The notes under the pieces were generated by a model. The model was not told the DNA's origin. It saw only the letters and a program-made list of their open reading frames with translations, and did not search any database. Shown here one piece after another: positions 1 through 8,691 of a stretch of DNA of 64,000 bases. Each line of letters starts with the position of its first letter. The stretch's first letter is position 1. Made by a program: the position numbers and the translations under genes. Source of the DNA: an uncultured Bacteroidales bacterium (GTDB lineage: Bacteria > Bacteroidota > Bacteroidia > Bacteroidales > JAGOPY01); the NCBI GenBank assembly GCA_964371595.1, contig CAYJNJ010000005.1, positions 5,625 to 69,624 on the forward strand, in the 5' to 3' direction.

Positions 1-16
1 GATTTTTTTTACCTCA

Positions 17-58
17 GATTACACAGAGTTACACAGATAAACACAGAGTTTTCCAAAT
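17..58. repeat. Short tandem word array (units agattacacag / agttacacag / ataaacacag), followed by a ttccaaattc word
   Basis: Read directly at the window edge. Confidence 0.6.
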
Positions 59-62
59 TCCA

Positions 63-78
63 TCCGCCAGCTGGCGGA
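63..78. repeat. Perfect 16-bp palindrome TCCGCCAGCTGGCGGA (copy 1 of 3)
   Basis: Exact self-complementary string. The same string is at 26349-26364 and 38806-38821. Confidence 0.9.
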
Positions 79-113
79 CCAAATTCAACATTTAACCTTC
101 AACATTCCTAAAA

Positions 114-1040
114 GTGTCGAAACGAATAACAGTCCTGCTTTTTGCTTCCATCGCCCTGCTTTTCACAGGCGTGATCTATCTTTTCTTTAACAGTGACAAA
201 AAGAAGGAGCCTGAACAGGAGCCGGTTACCGAGATCATGACGTTCGTTGAGGGCATGAACTACGCTATGCCTGTGCCCATTCCTGATTCCATTGCCTTTT
301 CCGGTGAATTGGTCCCGACCGACCTCTTTTACGTGAAGGAACAACTCGACAGGGAGCTTACAGTGAATACCTACTGGCATTCTTCCACGCTGCTGACAAT
401 TAAACGGGCCAACCGCTGGTTCCCTGTCATCGAACCCATCCTGGCAAAGAAAGGGATACCGGCCGATTTCAAATACCTTGCCCTCATCGAAAGTGCCCTG
501 ATGAACGTGGTTTCGCCATCAGGTGCAGCAGGTTTCTGGCAGTTCCTTGAGAAAACCGGTAAAGAATACGGGCTTGAAATTAATAAAGAAGTGGATGAGC
601 GATATCATGTCGAAAAGGCTACAGAAGCCGCCTGCGATTACCTGAACAAGGCGTATCTCAAATTCGGGAACTGGACGCTGGTAGCGGCTTCCTACAATGC
701 CGGCCAGGGACGGATCGATGAATCGATCGACAGGCAGCAGTCCCGGAACTTCTACCATCTTTACCTGAATGATGAAACATCCCGCTATATTTTCCGTATC
801 CTGGCCATGAAAATCATTTATGAAAACCCGGTTAAATATGGCTTTAAGATGGAGAAAGGCGACCTCTACGATCCGCTGGATGTGAAAACCGTAAAGGTCA
901 CTTCCACGATCAGCGACCTGCCGGCCTTTGCCCGCCAGCAAAATACCACCTACCGCATGCTTAAGGAACTTAACCCCTGGCTGAGATCGGATAAACTGAC
1001 CGTCCGGGGAGGAGAAGAATATTTTATAGCACTTCCTTAA
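114..1040 (+). CDS. Membrane-anchored lytic transglycosylase (SLT / MltD-like)
   Basis: GTG start. N-terminal hydrophobic anchor ITVLLFASIALLFTGVIYLF. SLT-type region ALIESALMN...GAAGFWQF...ASYNAG. Confidence 0.8.
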   Translation: MSKRITVLLFASIALLFTGVIYLFFNSDKKKEPEQEPVTEIMTFVEGMNYAMPVPIPDSIAFSGELVPTDLFYVKEQLDRELTVNTYWHSSTLLTIKRANRWFPVIEPILAKKGIPADFKYLALIESALMNVVSPSGAAGFWQFLEKTGKEYGLEINKEVDERYHVEKATEAACDYLNKAYLKFGNWTLVAASYNAGQGRIDESIDRQQSRNFYHLYLNDETSRYIFRILAMKIIYENPVKYGFKMEKGDLYDPLDVKTVKVTSTISDLPAFARQQNTTYRMLKELNPWLRSDKLTVRGGEEYFIALP

Positions 1041-1065
1041 AATTACAGAATACAAAGATTGATCT

Positions 1066-1187
1066 TTTTATTTAACCGCAAAGGCGCCCGAAGGATTACA
1101 CAAAGGCGCACAAAGGTTTGTTTTAGCGAAGAAATTACTTTGTGTTCCTTTGTGAAGTACTTTGTGCGCCTTTGCGGTTAATAAAAA
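1066..1187. repeat. Long imperfect palindrome built from CGCAAAGG/CACAAAGG words and their complements
   Basis: ttaaccgcaaaggcgc (1072-1087) matches gcgcctttgcggttaa (1166-1181). Inner cacaaaggcgcacaaagg matches ctttgtgcgcctttg. Confidence 0.8.
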
Positions 1188-1233
1188 AGCCATCAAGACT
1201 TACGGAGATTTAATTTGTTACGAAGGAAAGCGT

Positions 1234-1241
1234 TAATTTTG
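1234..1241 (+). promoter_or_regulatory. Bacteroidota -7 box TAatTTTG upstream of uvrA
   Basis: Matches the TAnnTTTG consensus, 23 nt before the ATG at 1264. Confidence 0.5.
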
Positions 1242-1263
1242 CAGATTCTTTTCAAAACCGGGG

Positions 1264-4134
1264 ATGTTTAAGGAACAAGATAATACAGAAACCACTGATA
1301 ATCTGATCGGAACAGAGTTCCTGGAGGTTTATGGGGCAAGGGTCCACAACCTTCAGAACATCGACGTTAAAATTCCCCGCAATGCACTGGTAGTCATCAC
1401 CGGCCTCAGCGGCAGCGGCAAATCTTCCCTGGCTTTCGATACGATCTATGCGGAAGGTCAGCGGCGCTACATGGAAACCTTCTCTATTTACGCCCGCCAG
1501 TTCATCGGGAACCTTGAGCGGCCGGATGTCGATAAGATCAGCGGGCTTTCACCGGTCGTTTCCATTGAACAGAAATCGGTCAATAAAAATCCAAGGTCTA
1601 CCGTAGGGACTATCACCGAAGTTTACGATTTTCTCCGTCTGCTTTATGCCCGCATCGGGGAAGCCTATTCGTATGTTACCGGTGAAAAAATGGTGAAGTA
1701 TTCGGAAGATATGATCATCCGGCTGATCACCGATAATTACAGGAACCAGCCGCTGATCATCCTGGCACCCGTTGTCCGTGGCCGCAAAGGACATTACCGC
1801 GAGCTTTTCGAGAACATCCGCAAGATGGGCTACCTGAAAGTCAGGATCGACGGGGAAGTTAAAGACCTCACCTTCGGAATGCAGACTGACCGTTTTAAAG
1901 TCCATGATATCGAGATCGTTATCGACCGTATCAGGCTTGATGGGGCGAAAGGTACAGATCTCAGGCTGCGGCAATCGATCCAGACCGCATTGAAGCATGG
2001 CAAGGAAGCCCTGATGGTTCTGCATGCCGAGACAGGTGAAGTCAGGCCTTTCAGCCGTAAGCTGATGTGCCCGGTATCCGGCATTTCTTACGACGAACCG
2101 GAACCTAACACTTTTTCCTTTAACTCCCCTTATGGCGCCTGTCCGAATTGCAACGGGCTCGGGAATATAACTGAGGTCGATATCCATAAGATCCTCCCCG
2201 ACCCGTTGAAAAGTATCAGGAAAGGCGGCATTGCCCCCCTCGGGGAATACAAGAACAACTGGATCTTCAGCCAGATGGAGGCCATCGGCTATAAATACGG
2301 TTTCGATCTCGACACACCGGTCAAAGACCTCCCGGAGGAAGCCATCACTACGATACTTTACGGTTCGGAAGAAACTGTCCATGTCAAGAAAGAATACCTC
2401 GGTGTGACATCGTCCTATTCCCTGAATTTTGAAGGCGTTATCAATTTCATTACCAACCAGTTCACCGAATCATCATCGGAAGGTATCCACCGCTGGGCTA
2501 CCTCGTTCATGAACAAAGTCCCCTGCCCTGTTTGCGAAGGTGCCAGGCTCAAGAAGGAATCGCTGCATTTCAAGATCGATGGAATGAGCATCGCTGATGT
2601 TTCCCGTATCGACCTGGTGACGATCAGCCAGTGGATCAACAGCCTGGAAGATAAGCTTGAGGAGCGGCATAAAGTGATCGCCCACGATATTATCCGCGAA
2701 ATCCGGAACCGGCTGCAGTTCCTGCTGAATGTAGGCCTCGACTACCTCTCGCTGGAGCGTTCCGCCAGGAGCCTCTCCGGTGGAGAATCCCAGCGCATAA
2801 GGCTGGCAACACAGATCGGCTCTCAGCTGGTCGATGTGCTGTACATCCTCGATGAGCCGAGCATCGGCCTCCACCAGAGGGATAACGTTCGGCTGATCAA
2901 TGCCTTGAAAGAGCTGCGCGATATCGGCAATTCCGTCATTGTGGTTGAACATGACAGGGAAATGATCCTTTCGGCCGACTGGGTGGTCGATATAGGCCCC
3001 GGGGCCGGAAGGCATGGGGGGAAAATCGTCGGTACCGGCGTCCCCGGGCAAATGATGGACTGCCATACGATTACCTGCGATTATCTTTCAGGAAGAAAAT
3101 CCATCGAAGTCCCTGCCAATCGCCGCGAAGGTAATGGCCACTGGCTGATCCTGCAAGGGGCCACCGGCAACAACCTTAAAAACGTGACCCTCAGCCTGCC
3201 TCTCGGGAAATTCATCTGTGTGACAGGTGTTTCCGGCAGCGGAAAATCCTCCCTGATCAACGAAACGCTTTACCCGATCCTGAGTAACAAATTCTACCAT
3301 TCCAGCCAGAAACCGCTCCAATACAGCTCTGTAGCCGGACTTGAAAATATTGACAAAGTCATTGAGATCGACCAGTCGCCGATCGGAAGGACACCAAGAT
3401 CGAACCCTGCAACCTATACCAAGGTTTTCGACGAGATCCGCAAGCTTTTTGTGCTCATTCCGGAATCGAAGATCCGGGGTTATACACCGGGGCGCTTTTC
3501 CTTCAATGTAAAGGGTGGCCGTTGTGAAACCTGCAAGGGCGCCGGCTTACGAACCATCGAGATGAATTTCCTGCCTGATGTTTTCGTGATCTGCGAATCG
3601 TGCAATGGCAAGCGGTATAACCGGGAAACGCTGGAAGTGCGCTACAAAGGCAAATCGATCAATGATGTGCTGGATATGACGATCGACCAGGCGGTGGACT
3701 TTTTCGGCAGCATTCCTTCCATCATTCAAAAGATCAGGACCTTACAGGATGTTGGGCTTGGGTATATCACCCTCGGCCAGCAATCGACAACGCTTTCCGG
3801 TGGCGAGGCGCAACGTGTGAAACTGGCATCGGAGCTGGCAAAGCGCGATACCGGCAAAACGCTGTATATCCTTGATGAACCTACTACCGGACTTCATTTT
3901 GAAGATGTCAAAGTTTTGCTCGAAGTGCTCAACCGGCTCACGGAAAGGGGCAACACTATCCTGGTGATAGAGCATAATATGGATGTGATCAAGGTGGCTG
4001 ACCATATTATCGATTTAGGACCTGAAGGCGGAGAGCGCGGCGGGCGTATCGTCTGCGAGGGTACCCCGGAACAAATCAGCGTTCACCCTGAAAGCCATAC
4101 GGCTGCATTTCTCAAAGGGGAATTGAAGCGCTAA
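1264..4134 (+). CDS. uvrA: Excinuclease ABC subunit A (UvrA), paralogue 1
   Basis: 956 aa. Two ABC modules ([28 protein letters not shown]), signature LSGGESQR / LSGGEAQR, zinc module CPNCNGLG and CETCKGAG. Confidence 0.95.
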   Translation: MFKEQDNTETTDNLIGTEFLEVYGARVHNLQNIDVKIPRNALVVITGLSGSGKSSLAFDTIYAEGQRRYMETFSIYARQFIGNLERPDVDKISGLSPVVSIEQKSVNKNPRSTVGTITEVYDFLRLLYARIGEAYSYVTGEKMVKYSEDMIIRLITDNYRNQPLIILAPVVRGRKGHYRELFENIRKMGYLKVRIDGEVKDLTFGMQTDRFKVHDIEIVIDRIRLDGAKGTDLRLRQSIQTALKHGKEALMVLHAETGEVRPFSRKLMCPVSGISYDEPEPNTFSFNSPYGACPNCNGLGNITEVDIHKILPDPLKSIRKGGIAPLGEYKNNWIFSQMEAIGYKYGFDLDTPVKDLPEEAITTILYGSEETVHVKKEYLGVTSSYSLNFEGVINFITNQFTESSSEGIHRWATSFMNKVPCPVCEGARLKKESLHFKIDGMSIADVSRIDLVTISQWINSLEDKLEERHKVIAHDIIREIRNRLQFLLNVGLDYLSLERSARSLSGGESQRIRLATQIGSQLVDVLYILDEPSIGLHQRDNVRLINALKELRDIGNSVIVVEHDREMILSADWVVDIGPGAGRHGGKIVGTGVPGQMMDCHTITCDYLSGRKSIEVPANRREGNGHWLILQGATGNNLKNVTLSLPLGKFICVTGVSGSGKSSLINETLYPILSNKFYHSSQKPLQYSSVAGLENIDKVIEIDQSPIGRTPRSNPATYTKVFDEIRKLFVLIPESKIRGYTPGRFSFNVKGGRCETCKGAGLRTIEMNFLPDVFVICESCNGKRYNRETLEVRYKGKSINDVLDMTIDQAVDFFGSIPSIIQKIRTLQDVGLGYITLGQQSTTLSGGEAQRVKLASELAKRDTGKTLYILDEPTTGLHFEDVKVLLEVLNRLTERGNTILVIEHNMDVIKVADHIIDLGPEGGERGGRIVCEGTPEQISVHPESHTAAFLKGELKR

Positions 4135-4197
4135 TTGAGCTCTTTCCCGCTTCATTTTATATCCCTCTTCTTTGCGCCTCTCTGCGTATTCTTTGCT

Positions 4198-4205
4198 TAA
4201 CTTTG
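4198..4205 (+). promoter_or_regulatory. -7 box TAacTTTG upstream of the patatin-like gene
   Basis: TAnnTTTG match 5 nt before the ATG at 4210, which would give a near-leaderless transcript. Confidence 0.4.
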
Positions 4206-4209
4206 CGAG

Positions 4210-5031
4210 ATGACTGAGAAAATACCAGAATACGGACTTGTACTGAGCGGCGGCGGGGCCAGGGGTATCGCCCATATCGGAGTGATAGCCGGACTCGAAA
4301 AACATGGGATCAGTCCGGGTGTAATCTCCGGATCAAGTATGGGTGCCGTTGTAGGAGCATTGTATGCAGCCGGCGTCAGCCCGGAAGATATGCTTGATAT
4401 TGCCAGGAACCGTAAGCTTTACAGCCTTTTCGACTGGTCATTCCCCAAGCGTGGTGGAATGCTTTCGTTAAAACTCCTGAAACAGGAGCTCGAGCGATTT
4501 ATTCCCGAAGATTCTTTCAATTCATTAAAGAAAAAGTTGTTCATCGCAGTGTCCAATATTTCTACAGGGCAGCCGGAAGTGATCTCCAGCGGCGAATTAT
4601 TCCGTGCCGTCCTGGCTTCGGCTTCGATCCCTGTCGTTTTTGAGCCGCAGATTATTGATGGCCAGACCTATGTCGACGGCGGCCTGTTCAACGATATGCC
4701 GGCGGAGCCCCTTTTGGGGCAATGCGAAAAGATCATTGCCTCCCATGTAAATTACATCGGCCCCCATCCTGAATTGAACAGTCTCCGCACCATTGCCGAA
4801 CGCGTTTACCGGTTGGCTATCTATCAGAACGTCCAGAAAAATTTCAGCAATTGTGATTATATCATCGATCCGCCTGAATTGAGGGAACACAGCGCTTTCG
4901 ATTTCAAACATATCGACCGCTTGTTTGAGATCGGATATTCGGCGGCTGAAGTCCTGGCGAACCGGATCAATGGTCCCGGCCTTGAAAAACCCGTGTTTAT
5001 CAGGGAAATTAATGGTTATAATAAGATATAG
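4210..5031 (+). CDS. Patatin-like phospholipase
   Basis: GGGARG oxyanion motif, GSSMG (GxSxG) nucleophile elbow, catalytic Asp in YVDGG. Confidence 0.85.
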   Translation: MTEKIPEYGLVLSGGGARGIAHIGVIAGLEKHGISPGVISGSSMGAVVGALYAAGVSPEDMLDIARNRKLYSLFDWSFPKRGGMLSLKLLKQELERFIPEDSFNSLKKKLFIAVSNISTGQPEVISSGELFRAVLASASIPVVFEPQIIDGQTYVDGGLFNDMPAEPLLGQCEKIIASHVNYIGPHPELNSLRTIAERVYRLAIYQNVQKNFSNCDYIIDPPELREHSAFDFKHIDRLFEIGYSAAEVLANRINGPGLEKPVFIREINGYNKI

Positions 5032-5032
5032 A

Positions 5033-5749
5033 ATGAATTCAAACCTCAGCGAAGAAGAAAAAAGGCAGCAGGCTTTTCAGCCTAAAAGCTGGCAGGAAGT
5101 CAGGACATATGACTCATGGAAAGTTTTTAAGATCATATCCGAATTTGTCGAAGGCTTTGAAAAGTTGGGCCGAATCGGGCCTTGCGTTTCAATTTTCGGC
5201 TCAGCAAGGTCAAAACCAGGATCGGCAGATTATAAAACTGCGGAAGAAATAGCTTACCTGCTAACCAAGAAAGGCTTCGGCATTATCACCGGCGGTGGCC
5301 CCGGAATAATGGAAGCCGGCAATAAAGGCGCGCATTTCGCCGGGGGCAAATCCGTCGGCTTGAATATCAACCTGCCTTTCGAGCAGATGCCAAATCCTTT
5401 CATCGATCCCGACAAGTTGATCGACTTTGATCATTTCTTTGTCCGTAAGGTCATGTTCATGAAATACGCCCAGGGTTATGTCGTTCTACCCGGAGGATTC
5501 GGTACCCTGGATGAGATGTTTGAAGCCATCACCCTCGTGCAGACACAGAAGCAGGTAAGCTTCCCCATCGTGCTGGTGGACAAGGATTACTGGAAAGGCC
5601 TTGTAAGCTGGATTGAAGACAGGCTCCTGGCAGAGAACATGATCAGTAATGAGGACTTGAAGATCTTCCAGCTTGTCGATACAGCCGAAGAAGCCGTAAA
5701 GGTTATCGAAGACTTTTACGAGATGTATGCGCTGAAACCGAATTTCTGA
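5033..5749 (+). CDS. LOG family protein (TIGR00730-type nucleotide 5'-monophosphate nucleosidase)
   Basis: GGGPGIMEAGNKGA and PGGFGTLDEMFE motifs. I chose the internal ATG at 5033 (MNSNLSEEEK), 1 nt after the patatin stop. The longer ORF start at 4925 overlaps patatin. Confidence 0.85.
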   Translation: MNSNLSEEEKRQQAFQPKSWQEVRTYDSWKVFKIISEFVEGFEKLGRIGPCVSIFGSARSKPGSADYKTAEEIAYLLTKKGFGIITGGGPGIMEAGNKGAHFAGGKSVGLNINLPFEQMPNPFIDPDKLIDFDHFFVRKVMFMKYAQGYVVLPGGFGTLDEMFEAITLVQTQKQVSFPIVLVDKDYWKGLVSWIEDRLLAENMISNEDLKIFQLVDTAEEAVKVIEDFYEMYALKPNF

Positions 5750-5757
5750 GCCAGTTG

Positions 5758-5878
5758 GACTATAAGACTGTAAGACTGTAAGACTATAAGACTGTAAGAG
5801 GATTTGACAATTTAACAGTTTGACAATTTAACAGTTTGACAATTTAACAGTTTAACAATTTAACAGTTTAACAATTGA
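5758..5878. repeat. Two adjacent tandem arrays: GACTRTAA x5 (5758-5799), then TTTRACAATTTAACAG x about 5 (5801-5878)
   Basis: Read directly between the LOG stop and the next gene start. Confidence 0.85.
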
Positions 5879-5882
5879 ACCA

Positions 5883-6305
5883 TTGAATAAAATTAAGTTA
5901 GAAATTCTCGCAATCGAAGATGATGGCTACCACATTTTTATAGAAGCATCAATAAATGCCGGAAAGGCGAGGCTTCTTATCGATACGGGAGCTTCGCGGA
6001 CGGTTTTTGATGCGGAAAGGATCAAGGCGTTCCTTCCCGGTGGAGACCACAATTTCGTAAAGATCGACAAATTGTCCACAGGTCTGGGTACCAACACCAT
6101 GGAAAGCCATACCGTAGTCCTTGCAGAATTGGGCCTGGGAGAAACGATTTTAAACGATTATCCGACCGTAGTGCTGGACATGGAACATGTTAACCAATCA
6201 TACAGGATGCTGGGCTTCGCGGAAATAGACGGTGTGCTTGGCGGGGATTTGCTGCATGAGCTGAAGGCTGTGATTGATTACAGGAAAAAAGTGGTGAAGT
6301 GGTGA
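5883..6305 (+). CDS. Retropepsin-like (clan AA) aspartic protease, single domain
   Basis: LLIDTGASRTVF active-site motif (D-T-G), about 140 aa. TTG start. The last codons and the stop lie inside the GTGGTGAA array. Confidence 0.6.
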   Translation: MNKIKLEILAIEDDGYHIFIEASINAGKARLLIDTGASRTVFDAERIKAFLPGGDHNFVKIDKLSTGLGTNTMESHTVVLAELGLGETILNDYPTVVLDMEHVNQSYRMLGFAEIDGVLGGDLLHELKAVIDYRKKVVKW

Positions 6306-6366
6306 AGTGGTGAAGTGGTGAAGTGGTGAAGTGGTGAAGTGGTGAGGTTTTGAGGTTATGAGGTTT
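6291..6366 (+). repeat. GTGGTGAA octamer array (6 exact units, then GTGGTGAG, GTTTTGAG, GTTATGAG)
   Basis: Exact 8-nt register. Contains the protease stop codon at 6303-6305. Confidence 0.9.
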
Positions 6367-6382
6367 ATTTTAATAATTAATT

Positions 6383-6724
6383 ATGGTAAGTATTGATGAG
6401 TTCAGGAAGTTTATAGATTCTTTAGATAATCAAAAAGAATTGCCAAATGGTGATATCATTTTCACAGGCACTATAAGTTTTCGGTTACATAATAAAATAG
6501 TCAGTTCAATAACCAGTGAAATAAGATTGCACCGGTCATCTGCAGAAAATGGGGTTATCACATTCATCACCGAAGATAATACCTACGTAAATAAATTTCA
6601 ACCAAGGTTCGATCCGAACTGGCAGGACTACGAATTTGATCCGGTAAACAAAATTTTAATTGTTTCAGGCAATTCCATAAAAATGGGAAAGTATAAGGTT
6701 GAAATAAAGGAATTGCCTTCCTGA
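6383..6724 (+). CDS. Hypothetical protein, low-GC orphan (113 aa)
   Basis: Clean ORF with an ATG start. No motif recognised. Roughly 30 percent GC in the first 100 nt by hand count, against about 45 percent in neighbouring genes. Confidence 0.5.
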   Translation: MVSIDEFRKFIDSLDNQKELPNGDIIFTGTISFRLHNKIVSSITSEIRLHRSSAENGVITFITEDNTYVNKFQPRFDPNWQDYEFDPVNKILIVSGNSIKMGKYKVEIKELPS

Positions 6725-6767
6725 AGGTCTAAACATAGCTTGTTTTTTGTAAGTGAAACGGGATAAG

Positions 6768-6828
6768 GTGGTGGAGTGGTGGAGTGGTGGAGTGGTGAAG
6801 TGGTGGATTGGTGAAGTGGTGGAGCTGA
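6768..6828 (+). repeat. GTGGTGGA/GTGGTGAA octamer array, same orientation as 6291-6366
   Basis: ggtggtggagtggtggagtggtggagtggtgaagtggtggattggtgaagtggtggag. Confidence 0.9.
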
Positions 6829-6896
6829 TGGGTAATAATAAAAAAAAGCAGCTAACTCAATGTTGACTGCTTACTGTCGACTGACGACTCTTTGTG

Positions 6897-6971
6897 TCGG
6901 GGTACTCAGATTCGAACTGAGGACCCCCTGCTCCCAAAGCAGGTGCGCTAACCGGACTGCGCTATACCCCG
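6897..6971 (-). tRNA. tRNA-Pro (anticodon TGG)
   Basis: Reverse complement folds as CGGGGTA-TA-GCGC..GCGC-A-CCTGC-TTTGGGA-GCAGG-GGGTC-CTCAG-TTCGAAT-CTGAG-TACCCCG-A. Confidence 0.85.
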
Positions 6972-6993
6972 AATATTTTTAAAGAACAATTTT

Positions 6994-7057
6994 CCGATTC
7001 GAACTGAGGACCCTCCCGAGTCCTCGGGATGCGCTAACCGGACTGCGCTATACCCCG
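6994..7057 (-). pseudogene. Truncated tRNA-Pro-like copy. It keeps the 5' acceptor half, D arm, an altered anticodon arm and the T loop. The 3' T-stem and acceptor halves are missing
   Basis: Reverse complement CGGGGTATAGCGCAGTCCGGTTAGCGCA is identical to the tRNA-Pro 5' part. Then TCCCG-AGGACT-CGGGA (6-nt loop), GGGTCCTCAGTTCGAATC, and homology ends. Confidence 0.7.
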
Positions 7058-7058
7058 T

Positions 7059-7415
7059 TTATAGTTGTCGTTCCATTGAGCGGTACATGGCCAGGAGCAT
7101 CTTTGAGCATTGCTCATAGCCGGCATACAGATCTGAATAAACGTCTTCTTCAACTAATTTCATTTCATGGAGGAGGTCAAGGATTGCGGCGCACTCAAAG
7201 ACCGATCCGCGTGCTATCATGTAATAGCTCTTTTTGTCCTGGACCGACATCCTTCCTGTGCCTTCTGCAAGATTAAGCATGATGCTCAGAGAAGCCCTCT
7301 TCCATTGGTCCTTAATGTATGTATCTATTATTGTTGATTGTGAAATTAAAGCAAGAGCCTTGAGGTTCTGCCTCTTAACTACCTGGTAAATCTCTAATTT
7401 TTCAAAATCAAACAC
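7059..7415 (-). CDS. Four-helix-bundle protein (23S rRNA intervening-sequence protein family, Avd-like fold)
   Basis: 118 aa, GTG start. Family-typical FEKLEIYQ...LAEG..R....K..Y..IARGS..E. Wedged between tRNA-Ser and the truncated tRNA copy. Confidence 0.8.
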   Translation of the reverse strand: MFDFEKLEIYQVVKRQNLKALALISQSTIIDTYIKDQWKRASLSIMLNLAEGTGRMSVQDKKSYYMIARGSVFECAAILDLLHEMKLVEEDVYSDLYAGYEQCSKMLLAMYRSMERQL

Positions 7416-7425
7416 CTCTTAATAA

Positions 7426-7454
7426 TTCAAAGTTCAAAATTCAAAATTCAAAAT
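7426..7454. repeat. TTCAAAA heptamer array (about 4 units)
   Basis: ttcaaagttcaaaattcaaaattcaaaat, between tRNA-Ser and the four-helix-bundle gene. Confidence 0.8.
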
Positions 7455-7473
7455 ATCTTTTCACGCTCTCTTC

Positions 7474-7562
<89 letters not shown>

Positions 7563-7812
7563 CGGGAAAATTCCTTAATTAAAAAGGACTGCAAAAATAG
7601 TAATTTAGAGGACACCCGCAAGTATTGGCTGAAAATTTATAATTGCGATGCGTTTTGGAGTCATTCCTGCTCTTTAGGCTATTGAACTTGCACCAATTTG
7701 GTTTTACATCGCCCTGTTAAAAAACCCGCAAATTGTTCATAACTTCACCCCTTCCAACAGGTTACATCCTGCCAAAATCCGGATTAATTGAAAATCTCAT
7801 CCTATGCGAAAA

Positions 7813-8010
7813 TCAAATAAATTCTGGCATGATGTCGATTTTGCTATCCGTTCCCTGATGCTCCGCCAACTTCTTCGCCAAATCATCAATGAAGGCCGTA
7901 ATACGAGGCAGTCGCTGTGGGAAATCACTAAGCCAGTCCAATCTATGCCAGGCAGGGATCTCGTCCTGTATCGTTACCATGAAGTAATGACGGTGCGTTT
8001 TCGGAACCAT
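7813..8010 (-). CDS. Hypothetical small ORF, possibly the 3' part of a frameshifted gene that starts near 8065
   Basis: 65-aa ORF. An upstream ORF in another frame (MGSLMSFKDKYFNCLPDELSLNG...) overlaps it. No motif recognised. Confidence 0.25.
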   Translation of the reverse strand: MVPKTHRHYFMVTIQDEIPAWHRLDWLSDFPQRLPRITAFIDDLAKKLAEHQGTDSKIDIMPEFI

Positions 8011-8046
8011 TTAAACTCAACTCATCAGGCAGGCAGTTAAAATATT

Positions 8047-8054
8047 TATCTTTG
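8047..8054 (+). promoter_or_regulatory. -7 box TAtcTTTG upstream of arfB
   Basis: TAnnTTTG match 20 nt before the ATG at 8075. Confidence 0.5.
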
Positions 8055-8074
8055 AAACTCATCAGACTGCCCAT

Positions 8075-8485
8075 ATGCCCAATGATTTCCTCAATGACCG
8101 CGATTTCGGCCCGGAACTGACTTTTACTGCGTCGCGCAGCTCGGGCCCGGGTGGTCAGAATGTCAATAAACTCAGCACTAAAGTCGAATTGCGGTTCAAT
8201 ATTTTGCAATCCACGCTACTTTCCGAAGAAGAAAAGGCAACCATCCTGGAAAAATTGTCCACAAAGATCAATTCATACGGCGAATTAATCGTTGTTTCAC
8301 AAAGCGAGCGGTCGCAACTGCAGAATAAAGAAAAAACAATAGAGAGATTTTATACCCTGCTGGCTAAAGCGCTGATGCCGGTTAAGAAGCGTAAACCTAC
8401 CCGGCTTCCGCGCGCAGCCAAAGAAAAAAGACTGGAAGAAAAACGCCTGACAGGAGAGAAAAAAGAACGAAGAAAGAAACCTTAA
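8075..8485 (+). CDS. arfB: Alternative ribosome-rescue factor ArfB (peptidyl-tRNA hydrolase, RF-1 domain)
   Basis: 136 aa. SGPGGQNVNK (GGQ motif). Basic C-terminal tail KKRKPTRLPRAAKEKRLEEKR. Confidence 0.85.
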   Translation: MPNDFLNDRDFGPELTFTASRSSGPGGQNVNKLSTKVELRFNILQSTLLSEEEKATILEKLSTKINSYGELIVVSQSERSQLQNKEKTIERFYTLLAKALMPVKKRKPTRLPRAAKEKRLEEKRLTGEKKERRKKP

Positions 8486-8518
8486 TGATGAGCCCCCTCC
8501 GAGAAGCCAAATTCTTAA

Positions 8519-8621
8519 AATATGCCACAAAAACACTAATACACAAAAATTCACAAAAAGTATTTAGCTTGATTATCCGAATTTTGTGTTATTTGGTGAA
8601 TTGGTGTTTTAGTGGCATATT
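8519..8621. repeat. Long imperfect inverted repeat made of CACAAAA-type words
   Basis: aatatgccacaaaaacactaatacacaaaaattcac matches gtgaattggtgttttagtggcatatt. Confidence 0.75.
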
Positions 8622-8691
8622 AAGGCTCTTCAGAAGTGGACTCAATTATTATTATTAATTTTAACAGATAAAGCCTTAAGCCCCAAAACAA

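Noticed and set aside
1549-2382. Long antisense ORFs inside uvrA and other large genes (for example 1549-2382, 2473-3066, 11016-11489, 17136-17723, 17754-18311, 40828-41304, 49296-49808, 53516-53986)
   Set aside because: They lie fully within strongly supported genes on the opposite strand and have no motifs. They are typical shadow ORFs.
4210-5749. CBASS-like or other nucleotide-signalling defence module (patatin effector plus LOG-like enzyme)
   Set aside because: There is no cyclase, sensor or other signalling component. The LOG protein has the standard housekeeping TIGR00730-type motifs.
7059-7415. Diversity-generating retroelement, suggested by the Avd-like four-helix-bundle gene
   Set aside because: There is no reverse transcriptase gene, template/variable repeat pair or target gene anywhere nearby. 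The gene is a stand-alone member of the family.
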